A stretch of DNA of 64,000 bases from contig NC_073391.1 in the NCBI RefSeq assembly GCF_028641065.1, positions 5,332,001 to 5,396,000 on the forward strand, written 5' to 3'. Each line of letters begins with the position of its first letter. The stretch's first letter is position 1. Below are positions 59,100-64,000 of the stretch, piece by piece. The position numbers and the translations under genes are program-made. Origin of the DNA: Leucoraja erinacea (Eukaryota). Below the pieces are notes generated by a model. That model made no database searches, was not told the origin of the DNA, and saw only the letters and a list, made by a program, of their open reading frames with translations.

Positions 59100-60180
59100 A
59101 AGAGAGACTGGAGGATTAGTTTTTGTTATCGACTGTGTAAATTCCACTCCTCCCTGACTGTATAGTAACGGCAATTATGAGTTGGACATTGGAAAAGTTT
59201 AAACTTGCCATTACATAATCCATGTCCTGAGTTCTTGAATTTAAATAACTGCAGTTTACATTAATTCCACCTTCCTTTCTCCTTGTCCACTCTATTGAAC
59301 TTCCATTAACTTCTACATCAGACTCTATTTGCCTATCTGCCATACTATCACTTTGGGTCCCAATCTTCCTGCTAGACTAATTTAAACGCTTCCAAGTAGC
59401 ACCAGCAAATCTTCCCACAAGGATGTTAGTGCCCCTCCAGTTCAGGAGCAAATTGTCCACCTTGTACGGGTTCCAGCTTGGCTAGAAGAGCGCTCAATGA
59501 TCAATATACTTGGAACCTTTCCCCATGCATCAACTCCTTCCCCACAGGTTTGTTGGAACCATCTTCCTAATCCTTGCCTCACTAGCTCATGGCACAGGGA
59601 GTAATCCACAGATTACAACCCTAGACGTTGTGCTTTTCAATTTACTGCCTCGTGCCCAATTCTCTTTGCAGGCCCTCATCTCTCTTCCTACCCTATGTTG
59701 TTGATACCAATAGAGACCATGACCGCGGGCTGCTCATCCTTCCCTTTCAGAATGTCTTGTACCCGAGACATCCATGACCTTGGCACCAGAAAGGCTGCCC
59801 CCCTTCCTCTTTCAGAACTTCCTGTCTGTGCTTGTCCAATCTTTGTCCTACTCGGTTTTACAGCAGAACCAGGTGTGGTGCCAGTGATCTGGCCGCAGCA
59901 GCTATTGTTCACCCTGGCTGCTATAATCCCACCACCCTTCCACCCTCAACAGTATCCAAACTAGTATAGACACAAAATGCTGGAGTAACTCAGCGGGACA
60001 GGGTGCATCTCTGGAGAGCAAGAATGGATGACATCGGGTGACACTTGTTTGAGAGGGGGATAGCCACAGTGTAGCCGTGAACTACCCACCTCCCTCTCCT
60101 GGTGGTTACCCAGCCCGCTGTCTGAATCTCGAACTGTGATCACCTTCCTGAAACTACTATTATCGGTCTCTCTGCCTTCC
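59100..60180 (-). pseudogene. Degenerate CR1 ORF1 (SGNH-esterase-like) / ORF2 start
   Basis: RVQDILKGKDEQPAVMVSIGINNIG resembles the CR1 ORF1 esterase block (V.V.IGTND). Confidence 0.55.
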
Positions 60181-60439
60181 GTATAACAACAAAGTGCTCA
60201 TTTTTATTTTGTAAATATCTGGTAACTATAACTATTCAGTCAAACATGTTCTTGGACCTTGATATTTGTTGATTATTTATCTTTAGAAAACTTTAGTACC
60301 GTAAAGATTGCTGATTTCAGTTCATGACGCGGATAGATCTACATCTCCGAATACAGATTTGAAAAATTCTCTTTTAAGGGGCCTTCTATTTTTTACTTTC
60401 GAGCCTGCACCTCATTCTTTTTCATTTTTTATATACACA

Positions 60440-60680
60440 GTATTCACCTGCCTTTTTACCCCCTGACTCACAAGGGCCACATCTAACTCCCTTTTTCCAA
60501 TGATTTTCCTCTTTACCCTCTGTGGCTTTTTCCAGAGATTGTCTCTGTGTGAAAAAAGTTCTTCTCATCTCATTTTTAAAGGCTTTCCCCTTTATCCTTA
60601 ATCTGTGACCCCTTCTCCTGGACTTCCCCAACCTCGGGAACAATCTTCCTGCATCTAGCCTAGTACAACCCCTTATGGAT
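60440..60680 (-). mobile_element. CR1 fragment
   Basis: FPRLGKSRRRGHRLRIKGKAFKNEMRRTFFTQR peptide. Confidence 0.78.
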
Positions 60681-60751
60681 TACGGTAGTTACATAATTGG
60701 CATCCTAAAATTAGGTTCCACTGTACTGTTTTAGAGAGTATAAACCAAGTA

Positions 60752-60754
60752 AAA

Positions 60755-60789
<35 letters not shown>

Positions 60790-60790
60790 A
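60752..60790. repeat. (AAAT)n microsatellite
   Basis: Direct reading. Confidence 0.9.
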
Positions 60791-61689
60791 AAGAAAACTT
60801 TGTATTGGCCTTTAGAAAATCAATTTTGTGCTGGTCTTTGGCGATCAGAGGTAGTGCTGGCAGTTTATTCCAAGATCTTGCTTAAGGAAGTGGAGAGTAC
60901 AATTATAATGGTGTATATGTGAAAGACACTGATGTGGTGGAGAAGATGGTGAAAATGTGTCATTCATACTTGGGAGAGAGTGAAAGGGGCCAAAACAAAA
61001 TTAGGAAATGAAAGAGGAAATTCAGTGATGAAGACAAATGAATGAGGGCGAAAAAGCATAAGTGGGGTTGGAAGAAAGGAAGGCAAGTGGCAAAATAGTA
61101 AGCAAAGACTTTTACTTGCTACTGGGGAAATGTGAAGAGACATTAGTTAGCATTGTCCTGTAAATAGAAGTCAGTTAAGTCTGCAGTAGTGCTAGTAATT
61201 TGGGCTGCAGAGACAGATAAACAAAGACTGAAAATAAACATTCATTTCTGTTTCCTTCCTGATAAAGATTGGATAACTAAAATGGAGTGAAGATGCCGCA
61301 CTGTTCTGCTTGATGAGCAAGAAATTATATTTAGCGGGTTTCTTAGTCTGCCATTATTCTGCTTTTCTTCATGTTAATTATCAAGCATTTGAATATTTTT
61401 TTTAACCATCATCTGCTAAATATGGATCTTTGCGAAGCATTAATCTGCAACATTGCCCAATCATCTTTTCCAGTTCTAGCATAGCATGGCCTCATCTAAA
61501 TTAAAATCATGACTTGTGTGCAAAATGCAGGCTGCAGCTCAGGTATTCTTCCTGGTTGGATTGCTTCAGCAACTTTTAATTCCAGGAATAAGAAATTGTA
61601 TTTTTTATTGTGTAAGAAACCTCGATAAGTTTCACAGATATCGAATTGAAGATCACAAAATAAAATAAACCTGTAACTTACAGAGATGT

Positions 61690-62045
61690 ATAATATCACG
61701 AGAGGAACAGATCGGGTAGATGCACAGAGTCTCTGGTCCAGAGTAGGTGAATTGAGAACGGACTTAGGTTTAAGGTGAAGGGGAAAAGATTTAATAGGAA
61801 TCTGAGGAGTAACTTTTTCACACAAAGGGTGGTGGGTGTATGGAACAAGCTGCCAGAGGAGGTAGTTAAGGCTGGGTCTATCCCAACATTTAAGAAGCAG
61901 TTAGACATGTACACGGATAGGACAGGTTTGGAGGGATATGGACCAAACATGGACAGGTGGGACTAGTGAAGCTGGGACATGTTGGCCGGTGTGGGCAAGT
62001 TGGGCCAAAGAACCTGCTCCTACATTGTATCACTCTATGACTCTA
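61690..62045 (+). mobile_element. CR1 (HER1-like) 3' fragment ending just before the DNTT exon 2 acceptor
   Basis: NFFTQRVVGVWNKLPEEVV peptide; tail ACTCTATGACTCTAAC. Confidence 0.82.
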
Positions 62046-62069
62046 ACTGTTTCCATTTTCTTTCGACAG

Positions 62070-62244
62070 TGATTCAGTCACACATATTGTAACTGAGAAT
62101 AACTCCTGGAATGAGATTTGCGACTGGATTCAAACCCAGAAGATGTCAGATGCCAACAAGTTGAATTTACTTGATATCTCCTGGTTTACAGATAGTATGG
62201 GTGCTGGAAAACCTGTGGACATAGAGGAACGGCATAGAGTGCAG
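62070..62244 (+). CDS. DNTT: Terminal deoxynucleotidyl transferase, coding exon 2 (BRCT domain)
   Basis: Acceptor ttttctttcgacag. Joins exon 1 in frame (AG+T = Ser) to give SDSVTHIVTENNSWNEICDWIQTQKMSDANKLNLLDISWFTDSMGAGKPVDIEERHRVQ. Donor CAG|GTAAAT. SDSVTHIV.ENNS fits TdT better than Pol mu. Confidence 0.93.
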
Positions 62245-62639
62245 GTAAATTTACTTTCCCTGCGAGATATATAATACTCTGCATGATTGTTTTATCACAT
62301 TATTCTGCACTCTACTTTTTAATAAGAATAAAAATAATTGATTTACATCTTTTATATAATAGTTGCATTTCCCTTATTCAAGTAAGTTGATATTTTAAGG
62401 TGTATGATGATTCATAAAGTAGATTCATAAATTTATGGCAAAGAGGAACCTATCCAATTAGCATATTATCCAATATATTGCTTTCCCGTCTCGATCCACT
62501 TCCTAACCTAGTCTGTTGCCTTGTTTGGTTATGATATATTATTGGCTCATCCAACTACTTTTATCTTTGATAAATCTTTCAACCTCAATTGTCATACAGC
62601 AAAAACATTTGAAGATGGTGGTAACAATAAACACGTGAA

Positions 62640-63560
62640 CTGGAGGAGGACCATTATTCTTACAGGGAAGTTTGCCAGTACTGCTCGCTAGGGTTTAAAC
62701 TGGAAAGGCAGGAGGAGGTGGGGGTGGGTGAGAGTCAAAGTAGTAGGTCAGAAATTGGAAAGAGTGATAGGAAGATATATGTTAGGACCAGTAAGTCTTA
62801 AAGGAAGGACAGGCAGGGAGGGGTGAAAGAATATGGTGATGCTGATGGGCTGAAGTGTATTGTTTCAATACATGGATATTATGGAGAAAGCTGATGAACT
62901 TAGAGCCTGGATCAGTGCTTGGCACTATGATGTTGCGGCCAGTACAGAAACGTAGTTGGAAGAGGGACATGACTCACAGCTCAATGTTCTGGGGATTCGT
63001 GTTTCAGACGTGATCAAGAGGGAGGCACAAGTGGTGGAAGATTTGTGCTACTAATCTTCAACATTGTCAAGTGAGGATTTACGAGAGGATTCTTCAACAG
63101 AGGCAATATGGATAGAGTTTAGAAATAAGAAAGGTGCATACGCTCTAATATTATAATGAGGGAGTACAGCGTAGGTTCACCAGGTTAATTCCTGGGATGG
63201 CGGGACTGACATATGATGAAAGAATGGGTTCTGGGCTTGCATTCACTGGATTTAGAAGGATAAGAGGGAATCTTATAGAAACATAAAATTCTTAAGGGAT
63301 TGGACAGGCTAGATGCAGGAAAAATGTTCCCGGTGTTGGGGGACTCCAGAACCAGGGGTCACAGTTTAAGAATAAGAGGTAGGCCATTTAGGACAGGTGA
63401 GGAAAAGCTTTTTCACCCAGAGAGTTGTGATTCTGTGGAATTCTCTGCTACAGAAGGGAGAGGAGGCCAATACATTGGATGTTTTCAAGAGAGAGTTAGA
63501 TTTAGCTCTTAGGGCTAACGGAATCAAGGGATATAGGGAAAAAGGGATATGGGTGACTAC
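62640..63560 (+). mobile_element. Degenerate CR1 fragments (endonuclease N-terminus, then 3' end)
   Basis: KADELRAWISAWHYDVAA.TET-like peptide near 62885; DRLDAGKMFPVLGDSRTRGHSLRIRG at 63300-63400. Confidence 0.7.
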
Positions 63561-64000
63561 ATATTGATCTGTTTATTTATTTATTTATTATTTATCTATC
63601 TATTTTCTAGTTATTTATTTATTTATTTATTTCGAGCAGAATAAAAGAATAAAAAGTAAGTGTGAAACAGCATACAAAAAACAAAACAAGAATATTTATA
63701 AAGTGTCATAAACAATATCTATAAATAAATGAAATTGTATGTGTCTGAAAAGGAGCCAAAGCTTATTAATTCCCACCCCTTATTCAACTGCTTATAATTA
63801 TCTTATAGAAATTCAGCAGCTATATGTACACCATTTGTACACCAGCAGCTATATGTACACCAAATTATTTACATTTATACACTAATCAAATATTTACAGA
63901 GCCATACAAAAAAGAGACAAAAAAATAAAAAAGAAAAGAAAAAAATCCTCATATACTATACATTGTCTTATTCTTATATACAACCCATTATATTCATATT

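Overview
Repeat-dense vertebrate genomic DNA with three assembly gaps (16016-16223, 26097-26542, 26627-26871). It is most likely from a cartilaginous fish (skate/ray), inferred from the HE1-like SINE and CR1 repeat landscape and a TdT gene. The only host gene I can support is DNTT (terminal deoxynucleotidyl transferase): coding exon 1 (38593-38804) and exon 2 (62070-62244), joined across a ~23.3 kb intron. Two complete, ORF-intact DIRS1-like tyrosine-recombinase retrotransposons lie upstream (1921-6715 and 26876-31965). They belong to clearly diverged subfamilies. Each has gag, RT-RNaseH-methyltransferase-like and YR ORFs, inverted termini, an internal complementary region (ICR) and ATT at both junctions. 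The best lead comes from comparing the two elements, which reveals a conserved hidden RNA-processing architecture. The pol start ATG GAG is followed by a splice donor that joins in frame to an acceptor at the start of the YR ORF, so pol would be an intron of the recombinase mRNA. There is also a leader donor, an acceptor before pol, a poly(A) signal upstream of the ICR, and a donor in the right terminus that could only reach the gag acceptor across the circle junction. The rest comprises CR1, L2 and Rex1-like LINEs (one near full-length with a solo LTR inside), Penelope remnants and abundant Penelope-derived repeats with hammerhead-ribozyme-like cores, tRNA-derived SINEs, Harbinger-type MITEs, a hAT-type composite element with nested hairpins, a Tc1 fragment and simple repeats. 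All alignments were done by eye; no database searches were run.
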